Positions 63,616 through 64,000 of a stretch of DNA of 64,000 nt are shown here, piece after piece. Made by a program: the position numbers and the translations under genes. The DNA lies in NCBI GenBank assembly GCA_004022145.1, contig RCNU01000004.1; one strand, 5' to 3'. This DNA comes from Paecilomyces variotii (Eukaryota). The notes below the pieces were generated by a model that had not been told where the DNA came from, did not search any database, and worked only from the letters and a program-made list of their open reading frames with translations. How positions within the stretch are numbered: the stretch's first letter is position 1; every line of letters begins with the position of its first letter.

Positions 63616-64000
63616 CGGGAGGATGAAGTCTCGATAAGATGGCTTTTCCTAGTTCTATAACTAACTATTCTTCTTCCTTTCCCCTCCCCCGCGGAAAAAA
63701 AAAAGTAGGGCGTTGCGCCTCCCGGCGATCGGAGGCTGTATTTTCTGTGCCAGCCAATCACAGACTGCCGGTCTGACCCAAAGAGCACATCCCCTTCAGG
63801 AGACCCGCCGTTTGCAATTGAATATTACTGGATGTGGCAATCACGGCCGTATTTTTCACGGACAGCCGTTGATGGAGTCGTTTGGGTAAAAACACGCAAT
63901 TACTTGTTTAGGAACCCAAGTTTTGCCCGGCAAGTCGACAGCGTCAAATGGAAGAAACTAAAGGATGGCACAATCCAAAAGGTGACACAGCCCTCTGAGC

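Noticed and set aside
1-64000. tRNA, rRNA, CRISPR arrays, TPP riboswitch
   Set aside because: No cloverleaf/T-loop, rRNA, repeat-spacer or TPP aptamer consensus was recognised by eye. tRNAscan-SE and Infernal would be needed to exclude them formally.

Overview
Intron-containing fungal genomic DNA, consistent with a filamentous ascomycete of the Eurotiales (inferred from gene content, GT-AG introns with CTRAC branch sites, and MITE type). The flanks hold ordinary core genes. Left: DOA1/PLAA, a STRAP-like WD40 protein, an ALYREF/Yra1-like RRM protein, alpha-actinin, an aldo-keto reductase, RIT1, a HAD hydrolase, two convergent Nudix hydrolases and a RING protein. Right: ALG5, ATG3, a cyclin L-like gene, a T5orf172/MUG113-domain gene, PDX1/SNZ1 and several hypothetical genes. 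An accessory-looking interval of about 18 kb (24.5-43 kb) lies between the RING gene and ALG5. It contains two sibling Vader-like (pogo/Fot1) MITEs with differently coded TIR motifs, an Est1/SMG-type TPR-like gene, an intronless HeLo cell-death-domain gene fused to an E2 (UBC) fold lacking the catalytic Cys, and an RTA1 gene. Less obvious features are a 409-nt self-complementary intron with a PTC-generating alternative acceptor in the ADP-ribose pyrophosphatase gene, a similar PTC-generating acceptor in the ALYREF-like gene, and a decayed Tse2-like ADP-ribosyltransferase toxin pseudogene that the ORF track largely misses. All family assignments come from motif recognition by eye, not database searches, and exon boundaries are manual.
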